Source: an uncultured Nitrospinota bacterium (GTDB lineage Bacteria > Tectomicrobia > Entotheonellia > J063 > CAVPRW01). Taken from it: 64,000 bases of DNA. This document shows positions 50,662 to 63,321 of this stretch, piece after piece. The translations under genes were made by a program, and so were the position numbers. Each line of letters opens with the position of its first letter. The stretch's first letter is position 1. The stretch lies in assembly GCA_963707985.1 (NCBI GenBank), contig CAVPRW010000031.1, positions 384,001 to 448,000 of the forward strand. Direction: 5' to 3'. A model generated the notes under the pieces. That model made no database searches, was not told the origin of the DNA, and was given only the letters and a program-made list of their open reading frames with translations.

Positions 50662-52086
50662 TTATCCCCCCGCCGGCCCGGCCGTCAGCCCGGGTTCCGT
50701 CATCCGTCGGGGGTCGAGTAATTCCTGCAGCCGATCCTCGGGTAAGACCTGGCGCTCCTGGGCGATCTGTCGCACCGTTTTGCCGCTGGCAAAGGACTCC
50801 TTGGCGATCTGAGCGGCAGCGTCATAGCCGATTTCTGGTGCGAGGGCCGTGCACATGGCCTGACTCTGCTCGATCAATTCCGCACAGCGCTCGCGGTTAG
50901 CCTGAATCCCACTGATGCAGCGCTCAGCGAAGTTCGCTGCCGCCGTGCCCAGGATCTGGATCGACTCCAAGAGATTGGAGGCCATCACCGGCATCATGGT
51001 ATTCAGGTCCAATACCCCCCATTGCGCACCTAAAGTCACGACGGTATCGTTGCCGATCACTTGCGCCGCCACCTGGATTACCGACTCGGCGATCACCGGA
51101 TTGACCTTCCCCGGCATGATCGAGGAGCCCGGTTGTAACTCGGGCAGCATCAGCTCACCGATGCCACAGCGCGGTCCAGACCCCATCCAGCGGAGATCGT
51201 TGGCAATTTTCATCAGACTCACCGCCACGGTTTTCAAGACTCCACTGGTTTCGACCAGTGCATCCTGCGCCCCCTCGGCTTCGAAATGATTCTCCGCCTC
51301 GCGGAATTCGACACCGGTGAGCTCGCTAAGGCGAGCGATGACGCGCTTGGGAAACTCCGGGTGGGCGTTGAGCCCGGTCCCAACCGCCGTCCCTCCCAGG
51401 GCCAGCTCAGCGAGAGATGCACGCGTGCTCTCGACGCGGCGGATGCCCAGCTCTACCTGTCGTGCATAGCCGCTGAACTCCTGGCCGAGACGGATTGGCG
51501 TGGCGTCCATGAGGTGGGTGCGACCGATCTTCATGACCTCGTCGAATTCCCTGGCTTTGGCTGCCAGGGCTTTGTGGAGCGTGCGGAGGGCTGGTAGCAG
51601 ATGGGTCTCGATGCGTTCTCGGGCCGCGACATGGATGGCAGTAGGGATAACATCGTTACTGGATTGGCAGATATTGACGTGATCGTTGGGGTGGATCATG
51701 CGGCTACCGCGCGTCCCACCGGCAAGCTCAGTGGCACGATTGGCGATGACCTCATTAGCATTCATGTTGGTTGACGTACCCGACCCCGTCTGATAGATGT
51801 CGATGGCGAAATCGGCATCGCATTTGCCGTCGATCACCTCCTGGGCTGCCCGGACGATTGGTTTGGCCAGGCGCTCCTCAAGGAGCCCTAACTCTCGGTT
51901 CACCTCTGTCGCGGCCTTCTTGATAAGGCCGATGGCGCGGATAAATTCCCGCGGGAAGCGCCGCTGGCTGATCGGAAAGTTATCGATCGCCCGCTGGGTT
52001 TGCGCCCCATAATACGCGTGCTGGGGCACTTTAACCTCGCCCATCGAGTCTTTTTCAAGGCGGAACTGCTGCTCAGCGGATGCCAT
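50662..52086 (-). CDS. fumC: Class II fumarate hydratase
   Basis: YGAQTQRA, QTGSGTSTNMN, GSSIMPGKVNP. Confidence 0.96.
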   Translation of the reverse strand: MASAEQQFRLEKDSMGEVKVPQHAYYGAQTQRAIDNFPISQRRFPREFIRAIGLIKKAATEVNRELGLLEERLAKPIVRAAQEVIDGKCDADFAIDIYQTGSGTSTNMNANEVIANRATELAGGTRGSRMIHPNDHVNICQSSNDVIPTAIHVAARERIETHLLPALRTLHKALAAKAREFDEVMKIGRTHLMDATPIRLGQEFSGYARQVELGIRRVESTRASLAELALGGTAVGTGLNAHPEFPKRVIARLSELTGVEFREAENHFEAEGAQDALVETSGVLKTVAVSLMKIANDLRWMGSGPRCGIGELMLPELQPGSSIMPGKVNPVIAESVIQVAAQVIGNDTVVTLGAQWGVLDLNTMMPVMASNLLESIQILGTAAANFAERCISGIQANRERCAELIEQSQAMCTALAPEIGYDAAAQIAKESFASGKTVRQIAQERQVLPEDRLQELLDPRRMTEPGLTAGPAGG

Positions 52087-52210
52087 TGCCTTCGCCCTCT
52101 CTTTAGACTATGTAATATACCCAAGTATACCACAGTGGTCACCTCGCCCCCCGGAGCCCCGACCTCGACCAGCCAAACGTTTGTCTAGTGCAGTCGCACA
52201 CCTGTAGAGC

Positions 52211-52552
52211 CTACGGAGGCCAGCGGAGAGGACGACCACCCATCAGGTGGAAATGGACATGAAAAATGACCTGCCCGCCGCCGTGGTTGACGTTCACCAC
52301 CAGGCGATAACCGCTGTCGGCAATGCCGCGCTCGCGTGCCAACCGATTGGCCACAAAGGGGAGGCTCGTCAGCCACACCGTATCATCAGGCTCGATGTCC
52401 AGAAGGGTTGGCACGTGCCGTTTCGGCATGATGAGGAGGTGGACTGGCGTACGGGGATGAATATCCTCAATGGCCAGTAGGACGTCATCCTCGTAGACCT
52501 TGGCGCCTGGCTTGAGGTTGGCGATGATATCGCAAAAGATACATTCAGCCAT
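52211..52552 (-). CDS. hinT: Histidine triad (HIT) nucleotide-binding protein
   Basis: CIFC, DI.P..PVH.L..PK.H, GQVIFHVHFHLMGGR. Confidence 0.93.
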   Translation of the reverse strand: MAECIFCDIIANLKPGAKVYEDDVLLAIEDIHPRTPVHLLIMPKRHVPTLLDIEPDDTVWLTSLPFVANRLARERGIADSGYRLVVNVNHGGGQVIFHVHFHLMGGRPLRWPP

Positions 52553-52573
52553 CAAGCTACCCAACAAACCTGT

Positions 52574-53803
52574 TCATCGCTTGCGAGGAGGCTTGGAGTC
52601 CTTGCTAGCCGGTGGTTTGTCCCACCGCGCCAGCGCGTCGCGTAGCTGTCTTTCGGCTTCCTGATCGCCTAGTTGACGGACGACCGTGAGCGCTTGTTGG
52701 TAGTGTGCCACCGCCCCCTTGGTGTTACCCATCTCGCCATACATATTGCCAAGATCGCTCAACACCAGCCACTCGTGTTCACGCAGCTTGGCTTCCCTGG
52801 CAGCCTTCAGCGCTTGCTGATAATATTGTGTAGCCTTCTCATAGTCCTTGGCGCTGCGGTAGGCTGCCGCTGTATGCTCCAGGGCGCTCACTTGTGCTGC
52901 ACGTAGCCCCGCCCGCTGGGCAACCTTGAAGGCGTCTTGATAGCGTGTGACCGCCTCTGTCGTGTCGCCTTGCTTCACCGCCAGGCGGCCCAGATCGTCC
53001 AGGACACGCCATTCTCCGTGGCCATCGCTGATATCACGATATGTGCCTAACGCGGCTTGATACTGCACGGCGGCCCGCTGGAAATTCCCCAATTGCTCAT
53101 AGGCATACCCTGACGTGGCCAATTTCTCGGCGACGAGCCCGCGATCGCCCAAGGCACGAGCCAGCTGGACAATCTCTTCGCTGTATCGTGCGACCTCAGC
53201 GTATTCGGCCAACGCCGCGTAATCAGCCTCAAGTTCCTGCAGGGCAGCCAACGCAAGGCTTTGATCTTCGAGGCCGCGAGCCAGCTCCAGGGCGCGCTGA
53301 ATGTAAGGCACGGCCTGCGCTGGGGCCCCATTGGTCTTTTGTGAAAAACCCAGGCCATAGAGCGCACGCCACTGGCCAGCACGGTCCTGCCGCTCCTCCT
53401 CCAGTGCAAGCAATGACTCATAGATCGGGATCGCCTGAAGGGGTTGCTGCAGCATGTTGTAGGTTTCAGCAATCGCCGCCAATTGCACAGCTTGAGCCGA
53501 GCCGTCACCCAGGTCGAGCGCAACGTTCAGGCCTTGCTGAAAGTGTTCGAGGGCTGGTTGGAATTGGTCCTGTTCCAGATAAATCCGCCCCATGCGGTCA
53601 AGGATCTTCCATTCACGGCCGCGCTCGCCGATCTCCCGAATCTGTGTCAGCGCTTGCTCAAATTTCTGTAACGCCTGCTCGGAATGACCCTGAAGCCACA
53701 GCCCCTCGGCGTCGGCGGTGAGGCGCTCGATGTTGACAAGCGCTGCCTGTCCAGCATAAATCGCTGTGCCAAGTACCCACAGCGTGCCCAGGAGCCCTCC
53801 CAC
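52574..53803 (-). CDS. Tetratricopeptide repeat protein
   Basis: Multiple ~40-aa repeats (LG..Y...G....A...YQQAL..AR..GD); start uncertain. Confidence 0.85.
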   Translation of the reverse strand: MGGLLGTLWVLGTAIYAGQAALVNIERLTADAEGLWLQGHSEQALQKFEQALTQIREIGERGREWKILDRMGRIYLEQDQFQPALEHFQQGLNVALDLGDGSAQAVQLAAIAETYNMLQQPLQAIPIYESLLALEEERQDRAGQWRALYGLGFSQKTNGAPAQAVPYIQRALELARGLEDQSLALAALQELEADYAALAEYAEVARYSEEIVQLARALGDRGLVAEKLATSGYAYEQLGNFQRAAVQYQAALGTYRDISDGHGEWRVLDDLGRLAVKQGDTTEAVTRYQDAFKVAQRAGLRAAQVSALEHTAAAYRSAKDYEKATQYYQQALKAAREAKLREHEWLVLSDLGNMYGEMGNTKGAVAHYQQALTVVRQLGDQEAERQLRDALARWDKPPASKDSKPPRKR

Positions 53804-54104
53804 GTGTCATGCTCCACTTGCTCGCCCGCATCGGTCCTCCCCGGCTGGCAAGGCTCAGAGTCGATCACCTCAGACTTCGAGAAACGCGGCAGTACTGTAG
53901 CGTCAAATCGACGCCCTGTCAACTTTTGTCAAGCGGGTACAGAGACTCCCACACTGGTGATCGACGAGGGCTGTGAGCCGCGCTCGTCGCCAGGGTACCG
54001 GCCCCAGGATCAGCGAGATCATATGCCAAGTTCCGGTCTCCTTCGGTGTTCAAGGAGAATATGGGCTACCTGCCCTCCGCCAACCGGCTCCCGAAGCACC
54101 CGGC

Positions 54105-55601
54105 TTACTTCGTCATCTTCAGCGCCACATAAAGGACATTGCCGGCACGTCGCACGAGGAGCAGCAGCGAATCGGCACTACCAACTCGTCCGAGCGCAGC
54201 TTGGTAATCACGTAGGTTGTCGACCTTCTTCTGGTTGACCTCAACGATTACATCACCCCGTCGGAGGCCTGCCTCATCGGCCGGGGTCCCCTCTTCCACA
54301 TTCGTCACCACCAGGCCTTTCGCTTCATTGACCCGAAGGCTGCGAGCAATCTCCGGGGTGAGCTCCTGAACCGTCAGGCCCAAGCTCTCTTCGAGAGTGC
54401 CACCGCTGGACGCGACGCGCTCTTCCTTGTCTTTGAGCTCGGCGACCTTCACTTGCATGACCTTCTCCTGCCCCTTGCGCAGGATCTTCACGGGAACATC
54501 CGTATTCGGCGGGGTAGCCGCTACCGCACGTGGCAGGTCATTCATTTCTTCAATCTTGCGTCCGTTGAACTCAACAATGATGTCACCGCGCTCGATTCCC
54601 GCCTTCTCCGCCGGAGTATCCGCCATCACATCGGCTACCAAGGCTCCCCGCTCACGCTCGAGGCCGAACGATTTCGCCAGATCAGCGGTAATGCCTTGCA
54701 CCTGCACGCCAAGCCAGCCACGTACCACCCGACCCTTTTCGCGCAGCGGGACGAGCAGATCCTTCGCGACGTTGATGGGGATGGCAAAGCCGATGCCCTG
54801 ACCGCTGGCGATAATGGCGGTATTGATGCCGACCACTTCGCCGTTCATGTTGAACAATGGCCCACCGCTGTTCCCAGGGTTAATCGAAGCGTCGGTCTGA
54901 ATAAAATCATCATAGGGACCCGCGCCGATGATCCGCCCCTTGGCGCTGACAATCCCCGTCGTCACGGTGTGTCCCAGGCCAAAGGGATTACCGATGGCCA
55001 TCACCCACTCGCCCACGCGCAGCTTGCTTGAATCACCCAGCGGTACTGCCGGGAGGTCCTTTTTCGCATCGATTTTGATCAGCGCCACATCGGTCTTCGG
55101 ATCACGGCCAATAACCTTCGCTGCATATTCCTCTTTGTCCGATAGGGACACCTTGATGTCAGCGGCGTTCTCCACGACATGGTTATTGGTCACAATGTAC
55201 CCTTCACGATTGATGATGAACCCGGAGCCCAGGCTACGCCCACGGAACTCGCGCTGCGGATTCTCACCACGGGGATTCTCGCCACCGAAAAAGCGATCGA
55301 AAAACTCCTCGAATGGATCGCGTTCCCCAAAAGGACTCGGGAAGGGCAGGCGTGGCGTCGAGCGCCGTTGTCCCTTCACCACCTGCGTGGTACTCATGTT
55401 GACCACCGAAGGCTTGAGGTGCTCAGCCATATCCGCAAAATTGGGCACTTGGACGAGAGGGATTGCGGTGGGGGACGTTTCCGTCCAGAATGGTGTATCC
55501 CGTGCTCCCGAGGACTGGCTAACTATCACCCCGACACCGATGCCAAGGCCGAGCACGCAGAGCATGACCGTCAGAGAGCGCACGTAAACCAACCGACGCA
55601 T
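54105..55601 (-). CDS. degP: DegP/DegQ (HtrA) serine endoprotease
   Basis: GSGFI, TNNHV, D.AL, INPGNSGGPL, two PDZ domains. Confidence 0.96.
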   Translation of the reverse strand: MRRLVYVRSLTVMLCVLGLGIGVGVIVSQSSGARDTPFWTETSPTAIPLVQVPNFADMAEHLKPSVVNMSTTQVVKGQRRSTPRLPFPSPFGERDPFEEFFDRFFGGENPRGENPQREFRGRSLGSGFIINREGYIVTNNHVVENAADIKVSLSDKEEYAAKVIGRDPKTDVALIKIDAKKDLPAVPLGDSSKLRVGEWVMAIGNPFGLGHTVTTGIVSAKGRIIGAGPYDDFIQTDASINPGNSGGPLFNMNGEVVGINTAIIASGQGIGFAIPINVAKDLLVPLREKGRVVRGWLGVQVQGITADLAKSFGLERERGALVADVMADTPAEKAGIERGDIIVEFNGRKIEEMNDLPRAVAATPPNTDVPVKILRKGQEKVMQVKVAELKDKEERVASSGGTLEESLGLTVQELTPEIARSLRVNEAKGLVVTNVEEGTPADEAGLRRGDVIVEVNQKKVDNLRDYQAALGRVGSADSLLLLVRRAGNVLYVALKMTK

Positions 55602-55802
55602 GGTTACCTCCTTATTATGCTTTTCATGAGTAACTTCATGATTCGTCACTTCATATCATACGGGTCGAAGCGCCAGGCTCTTGTTGCCCTTCAGCCCTGG
55701 AAGACTGCTTGATGCCTTGCTATGCCCAGCGCCGTACAGACCGCTCTCCGCTTCGTCGCGTGGTTCTTAGACGCAGGTGCCAGGGCGAAGGTTCCACCGC
55801 AT

Positions 55803-57827
<2,025 letters not shown>

Positions 57828-58140
57828 TTATCGACGCAGGCACCGCTGCTGCTCCCCTGCCAACCAGCATACCGGCCATCATTTCGGGCAGGCGCGGCAT
57901 GATGCCAGCGATCTTCAGCCACGCGAGATGACCACGCCTCAGCGCATCGCTGTTCTGTATGCGATGGGTATCAGGTGTGTCGTTGACTGGATTATAACAT
58001 ACCAGGTTGCTCCGCTCATCCCATCTGCCGTTGACACGCACCAGTGTCACCATGCAGGCAGGCGTGGCCATGCCACAGCCATCAGTGCGAAGACTCGACA
58101 AAAGGGTCCGGTCACCCCAGGCTGACCGGTAGTACTCACC

Positions 58141-58169
58141 TTGACAATGCCGTTCGAGAGGTGTATAGC
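58141..58169 (+). promoter_or_regulatory. Sigma70-like promoter
   Basis: TTGACA-17 bp-TATAGC upstream of the HEAT/TPR gene. Confidence 0.45.
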
Positions 58170-58268
58170 ATGCGACCGACAAGCGGCGATGTCGGTACCC
58201 GAGGGCGTGTCGCGGATTCGTGTGATCCGTCAGCGAATCTGGGTGACCCCGAGTAGAGGAGCATCACA

Positions 58269-58918
58269 GTGACGACACTGACCACCATAATGACGCTCAT
58301 CGTCGTCCTCGGATTGGCGCTCGAAGCCGTCAACGGTAATGGCGGAGGGCAGGGCCTGGCCCATGCTCTGGAGGTGCTCAAGACAGGGAACCGGGGCGGA
58401 AAAACTGAAGGCGCTGGAGTTGTTGGCCAAGTTGGGTGGACATGCAGGTCATGCCTGCGTTGGTGCAGGCGCTGCGCGATGACGATGGACGTGTGCGGGT
58501 GGCGGCCCAGGAGGTCATGTGGACGGTCTGGTTGCAGTCGGGCAACGAGCAGATCGACACCTGGATGGCCGAGGGTATTCGCCTCATGGAAGCGGAGCAG
58601 TATCCCGAGGCTGTCGAGGTCTTCGATCAAATCATCGCTCGTGCTCCCACGTTCGCCGAAGGGTATAATAAACGCGCCACTGTCTACTATTTGATGCTGG
58701 AGTTCGAGAAATCGATCGCCGACATTCACCGCACCCTGGAGCTGAATCCGGTGCACTTCGGCGCCCTCAGCGGCATGGGGCTATGCTATCTTGGTCTGGT
58801 CGAACCCCGCCAAGCCCTGGAATGGTTCGAGCGCGCCGTCGCTGTAAATCCAAATATGGACACCATTCAGTCATACATCCAGCAGATCCGAGAGTTTTTG
58901 CGGAATCAAGCGTTATAG
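58269..58918 (+). CDS. HEAT + TPR repeat protein (frameshifted ~58390-58440)
   Basis: SD GAGGAG + GTG at 58269; PALVQALRDDD..VR..A; P.FAEGYNKRATVYY; LNP.HFGALSG.G. Confidence 0.8.
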
Positions 58919-58991
58919 AATCAAGTCCTCACGCCGGTCCCCTCCTGGTGGGTACTCGTGTGACGGATGCAACAGACAGAGTGGAGTCGCG

Positions 58992-59264
58992 ATGGCTTGT
59001 CTGTTATGCACGTTAGATGAGCGCACTCAGTGGTATACCGAGACGCCACAATGGGTCATCCTCCAATGCGACACCTGCGGAGTCCCGATGGCCGTATGGC
59101 GCGAGCACACCGAGGCCATCCCGGAGGCAGAGAAAGCTGCGATGCTTGCCGAGCTGGCACGTGTGGCCGACATCGAGCTCGGGGCCGGGCGCTGGTGGCT
59201 CGACAGCGTCCGTCGCATGATCCCCGAACACCCGCATTGGCATGCCCGCGGGCACTGGTGGTAA
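58992..59264 (+). CDS. Small HIT-like zinc-binding protein
   Basis: CLLC...CDTC.VPM.V.R.H...IPEHPHWHAR. Confidence 0.7.
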   Translation: MACLLCTLDERTQWYTETPQWVILQCDTCGVPMAVWREHTEAIPEAEKAAMLAELARVADIELGAGRWWLDSVRRMIPEHPHWHARGHWW

Positions 59265-59377
59265 ACCCCAGCGCCACGCCCCTTGAACTATGACCCCGCA
59301 GACATCGATCGTCCGGTTCCGTCAAGAACTGCGAATGCAGCATAAGTCGGCGCTCGCGGCCGCCGTCCGGCATGTAG

Positions 59378-60895
59378 GTGGGGTACGACTTGATGGGTAG
59401 CCTTGATGTAACCGCGGTGTCTGGGCCCGATGAGCCGGTGAGCCTCACAGGGAATCCGCTTATTCTCCTCACTGGGGCAACTGGCTATATCGGCGGGCGC
59501 TTGCTCAAGGCGTTGGAACAGGCGGGGCAGCGGGTGCGCTGTCTGGCGCGTCGCCCGGAATTTCTCAGCGGGCGTGTGGCGGGATCTACCGAGATCGTCG
59601 CCGGCGACGTGCTGGATCGACACACGCTGCCGGCAGCCATGGCTGGTGTCCGGGTAGCCTATTACCTGATCCACGCCATGGACTCTCCTAGAGCTTTTGA
59701 GGAGGAGGATCGCCGGGCCGCACACCATTTCGGCGAGGTTGCGTTTGAGGCTGGCATACAACGTATTATCTATCTTGGAGGGCTCGGGGACCGTCGTCAC
59801 GCGCTCTCTTCCCATCTCCAGAGTCGCCAGGAGGTCGGGGAGATTTTGCGCAGTTGTGGCGTGCAGATCATCGAATTCCGGGCCTCTATCATCATCGGTT
59901 CGGGCAGTCTATCCTTCGAGATGATCCGGGCGCTGGTCGAACGCCTACCGATCATGATCACGCCACGCTGGGTGTCGGTCCCGGCACAGCCGATAGCCAT
60001 CACCGATGTGGTCGAGTATCTGCTTGAGGGCCTCAGCCTCGCAGTTGAGGGCAATCCCATCATCGAAATCGGCGGAGCCGATCAGGTGTCTTACCGGGAG
60101 ATCATGCGTGAATACGCGCGCCAGCGCGGTCTGCGGCGTCTGATGCTGACAGTGCCAGTGCTGACGCCGCGACTCTCCAGTTTATGGCTGGGATTGGTGA
60201 CGCCGTTGTATGCCCGGGTCGGCCGGCGCTTGATCGACAGCATTCGCCATCCAACGGTGGTGAGCGATGCATCGGCGCGGCGGCTGTTTCGCATCCGGCC
60301 GCAAGGGGTGCAGGAGGCCATCGCCATGGCGCTGCGCCATGAAGACCAAGAACTGGCCCAAACGCGCTGGTCCGATGCATTATCGGCAGCAGGGCCTCGG
60401 CAGGACTGGGGTGGTGTACGCTTCGGCAGCCGCCTGGTGGATTCTCGGGTGGCCCGGGTTCTCGTTGCCCCAGCCTTAGCATTTGCACCCATTCGACGTA
60501 TTGGGGGCCGGACCGGATGGTACTACGGCCATGGGTGGTGGCGGTTGCGGGGCTTTCTTGATTTACTCATGGGGGGTGTGGGCATGCGCCGGGGGCGCCG
60601 AGACCCCGAGAGGCTGAGCGTCGGGGACACGGTGGATTGGTGGAGAGTAGAAACCTTCATCCCGGATCGTCAATTGCGCCTCGTCGCCGAGATGAAGCTC
60701 CCTGGACGCGCCTGGTTAGCCTTTGAGGTTGAAGGAGATACCTCGGGCTCAACGATCCGTCAGACAGCCATTTTTGAGCCGGCCGGCCTTACGGGGCTTA
60801 TATACTGGTATGCCCTGTATCCATTGCATCAGTTCGTGTTCGCCGGCATGTTGCGTGGCATTGTGAAGGTTGCTGGGAGCGATCTGGGCAGGTGA
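59378..60895 (+). CDS. SDR/NAD-dependent epimerase with C-terminal DUF2867 (YbjT-like)
   Basis: TGATGYIG, YYLIHAM, IIIGSGS.SFEM, D.WRVE, L.AEMKLPGRAWL.F. Confidence 0.9.
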   Translation: MGYDLMGSLDVTAVSGPDEPVSLTGNPLILLTGATGYIGGRLLKALEQAGQRVRCLARRPEFLSGRVAGSTEIVAGDVLDRHTLPAAMAGVRVAYYLIHAMDSPRAFEEEDRRAAHHFGEVAFEAGIQRIIYLGGLGDRRHALSSHLQSRQEVGEILRSCGVQIIEFRASIIIGSGSLSFEMIRALVERLPIMITPRWVSVPAQPIAITDVVEYLLEGLSLAVEGNPIIEIGGADQVSYREIMREYARQRGLRRLMLTVPVLTPRLSSLWLGLVTPLYARVGRRLIDSIRHPTVVSDASARRLFRIRPQGVQEAIAMALRHEDQELAQTRWSDALSAAGPRQDWGGVRFGSRLVDSRVARVLVAPALAFAPIRRIGGRTGWYYGHGWWRLRGFLDLLMGGVGMRRGRRDPERLSVGDTVDWWRVETFIPDRQLRLVAEMKLPGRAWLAFEVEGDTSGSTIRQTAIFEPAGLTGLIYWYALYPLHQFVFAGMLRGIVKVAGSDLGR

Positions 60896-60909
60896 TCTGG
60901 CAGAGGACC

Positions 60910-61872
60910 TCACGATCTCTGGGGCCGATTGGGTTGGCCCACACGCAGGACATCCAGGTGCTTGCGCAAATCGGCTAGCTCTTTGATCACCAGCGCATCG
61001 ATCTTCTCCAGCACATCGCGGTAGGCGTCATACGCTTGCCCCCCCACCAGGATGACGACGCCATCGGGGAGGCCCCGCCGTAACTTGATGAGCTCGCCCC
61101 TCAGGAATGGGTCATCCGGTGGATAGACCAGGCTCAGTGCCACCGCACGCGCGCGGCTCTGGTGTACCGCGGCGGCGATTTCCTCGGCCGGAAGACTGGG
61201 CCCGAGATAGGTGACATGCCAGCCGTTCGAGGCCGCGATCGTCGCCACGATCAGCGCCCCGAGCTCGTGCAACTGCCCGGTAGGGGTGGCCACCACCAGC
61301 ATCGGGTCGGATGAGCTCGGGCCAAACCCTCGACTCAGATTCCCCAATGCGGTGCGGACCACGGCCGAAGCCAGGTGTTCGTGCGCCACGCGCAGCGTCC
61401 CCTCATGCCAGCGATCCCCGATACGGTACATCAATGGCACTATCACCTGCTCGATCAAGACCGGCTGGCTCAGCATTACGGCCGCTTGGGTCAAAAGTTC
61501 TTCAAGTACCGTCGCATCCAGGCGCTCGACGGCCTTCAACGTCGTGTCAAGGATTCGCCGTGGGGACGAATCAACTGGTCGAGAGCTAGTGGTTCTTGGC
61601 CGGATTGAGGCGCTCAGGTCATCAGCCATAGCCAATGCCCGCAAGCGCTCGTTCGGCAGTTGGGCGATTTGTCCGATGCTATGGCCCGCGAGGATGGCAC
61701 GATGTAACAGCTGTAAGCGCTCAACGTCACTGTCTGAGTATAGGCGTCGATTGGTTGGAGTGCGCATCGGCGACACCGCCCCATAGCGCTTCTCCCAGAC
61801 GCGAATGACGTGCGAAGTTAAACCAGTCCGACGGGCCACCACTCGGATGGGATGTCCTTGTTCGTGATTCAT
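60910..61872 (-). CDS. carH: MerR-family cobalamin-binding regulator (CarH/LitR)
   Basis: IR.VA..TG.....IRVWEKRYG...P.R...RRLY; W-x9-EH (WHEGTLRVAHEH); QLHELG; YLG..LP. Confidence 0.9.
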   Translation of the reverse strand: MNHEQGHPIRVVARRTGLTSHVIRVWEKRYGAVSPMRTPTNRRLYSDSDVERLQLLHRAILAGHSIGQIAQLPNERLRALAMADDLSASIRPRTTSSRPVDSSPRRILDTTLKAVERLDATVLEELLTQAAVMLSQPVLIEQVIVPLMYRIGDRWHEGTLRVAHEHLASAVVRTALGNLSRGFGPSSSDPMLVVATPTGQLHELGALIVATIAASNGWHVTYLGPSLPAEEIAAAVHQSRARAVALSLVYPPDDPFLRGELIKLRRGLPDGVVILVGGQAYDAYRDVLEKIDALVIKELADLRKHLDVLRVGQPNRPQRS

Positions 61873-61878
61873 GGCCAT

Positions 61879-61911
61879 ATCATAGCCTCATGTCTAATAT
61901 TTGTCAAAATT
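61879..61911 (-). promoter_or_regulatory. carH promoter with overlapping 11-bp direct-repeat operator
   Basis: Minus strand TTGACA (61907-61902)-17 bp-TATGAT (61884-61879); repeats aattttgacaa / atattagacat. Confidence 0.75.
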
Positions 61912-61993
61912 TAATCTACCCTCGATCTCTCCGCTACTCTGCCGATTCCCCAACCGTTGCAACAGGTATCACGCTATCCAGCGGTAGGTGCAA

Positions 61994-62037
61994 ATATTAG
62001 ATATTATATTGACAACTTATAGACAATACTCTATGCT
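61994..62037 (+). promoter_or_regulatory. Divergent promoter with three 11-bp CarH-type repeats
   Basis: atattagatat / tatattgacaa / cttatagacaa over TTGACA (62009-62014)-17 bp-TATGCT (62032-62037). Confidence 0.8.
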
Positions 62038-62081
62038 CATCTCCAGCGTGTTGACTGCGGTGACCGTCTAACTCGCGCCGT

Positions 62082-62330
62082 ATGAGCAGCCACTTTCACG
62101 CGAGTCGGGCCAAGGCCATGGCGCCGGCGCTCACCGACATCGCGGCAGAGGCCGTGGGGCGACTCCAGGCCGTACAGGTCGAGGTGCGTGTCTACCCGCA
62201 TATAGCAGAGCGCTTCAATGTGCGGGTTATTCCCACGCTTCGGTTTCCCCAGCTGGACGGAGCGCTGCGCCATGTGCTCGGCTCATACCCGTTGCCTAAA
62301 TCTCGCTGTCTCTGCCACCAAAACTTTTAG
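62082..62330 (+). pseudogene. Thioredoxin-like remnant lacking CxxC
   Basis: KAMAP.L..IA.E..GR.....V......IAERFNVR.IPTL. Confidence 0.5.
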
Positions 62331-62402
62331 TTGACATGAGATCTCTCGATGTCGCAATGCTGTCAGCATGATGGCGGCGAACAGATCACGGGAGGCGTTT
62401 CC

Positions 62403-63300
62403 ATGAATATCCTGGTGACGGGCGCAAGCGGCCTTATCGGCACAGCGTTGGTTTCCTCTCTCACATCTAGCGGCCACGAGGTGACACGCCTGGTGCGCGG
62501 GCAGCCGACATCCGGGGGGAAGGCCGCTCAATGGGACCCGGTGGCGGGAAGTATCGATGCCGAGTGCCCTTGAGGGTGTCGATGCAGTCGTGCACCTGGC
62601 GGGGGAGAATATCGCCGAGCGCTGGACAGCTGCCAAGAAAGCTCGAATCCGTGACAGTCGAGTCAAGGGCACTCAGCTCCTCTGTGAGACGCTCACGCGT
62701 CTGTCCTCCCCCCCGAAGGTTTTGGTGTCTGCCTCGGCCATCGGCTATTATGGCGACCGTGGGGAGGAGACACTCACGGACGACAGTCCTCCGGGGCGGG
62801 GCTTTCTGCCCGAGGTCTGCCGTGCCTGGGAGGCCGCGACAGAGCCGGCCAGACAACAAGGGCTACGCGTCGTCCAACTGCGCTTGGGGGTGGTGCTCAG
62901 TGTGGCAGGAGGGGCATTGGCAAAGATGCTGCCACCGTTTCGCCTGGGGTTAGGAGGTGTGCTTGGCAGCGGACGGCAATATATGAGTTGGATCGCCCTT
63001 GACGACGTCGTGGGCACCCTTCAACATGCGGTCGTTACCGATGCCTTGCAAGGCCCGACGAACGCGGTGGCCCCACGCGCCGTCACCAATCAGGAATTTA
63101 CCAAAACACTGGGGAAAGTCCTCGGGCGCCCCACGGCCATGCCGCTGCCAGCCTTCGCCGCGCGGCTCATGTTCGGGGAGATGGCCGATGAGCTGTTGCT
63201 GGCGAGCGCCCGCGTACAACCCACCAAACTCCTGGCCTCAGGGTACCAGTTCCGTTACCCTGAGCTGGCAGAAGCCTTACGGCATTTGCTCGCAAGATGA
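62403..63300 (+). CDS. TIGR01777-family oxidoreductase (frameshift ~62560)
   Basis: ILVTGASGLIG, HLAGENI, SASAIGYYG, C.AWE, GSG.QYMSWI, P..L...GY.F. Confidence 0.9.
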
Positions 63301-63321
63301 TCCGGAAAGGAGTGATCAATC

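Noticed and set aside
53940..54100. GC-rich hairpins between degP and the TPR gene as an ncRNA
   Set aside because: No recognisable RNA family motif; may be chance pairing or a terminator.
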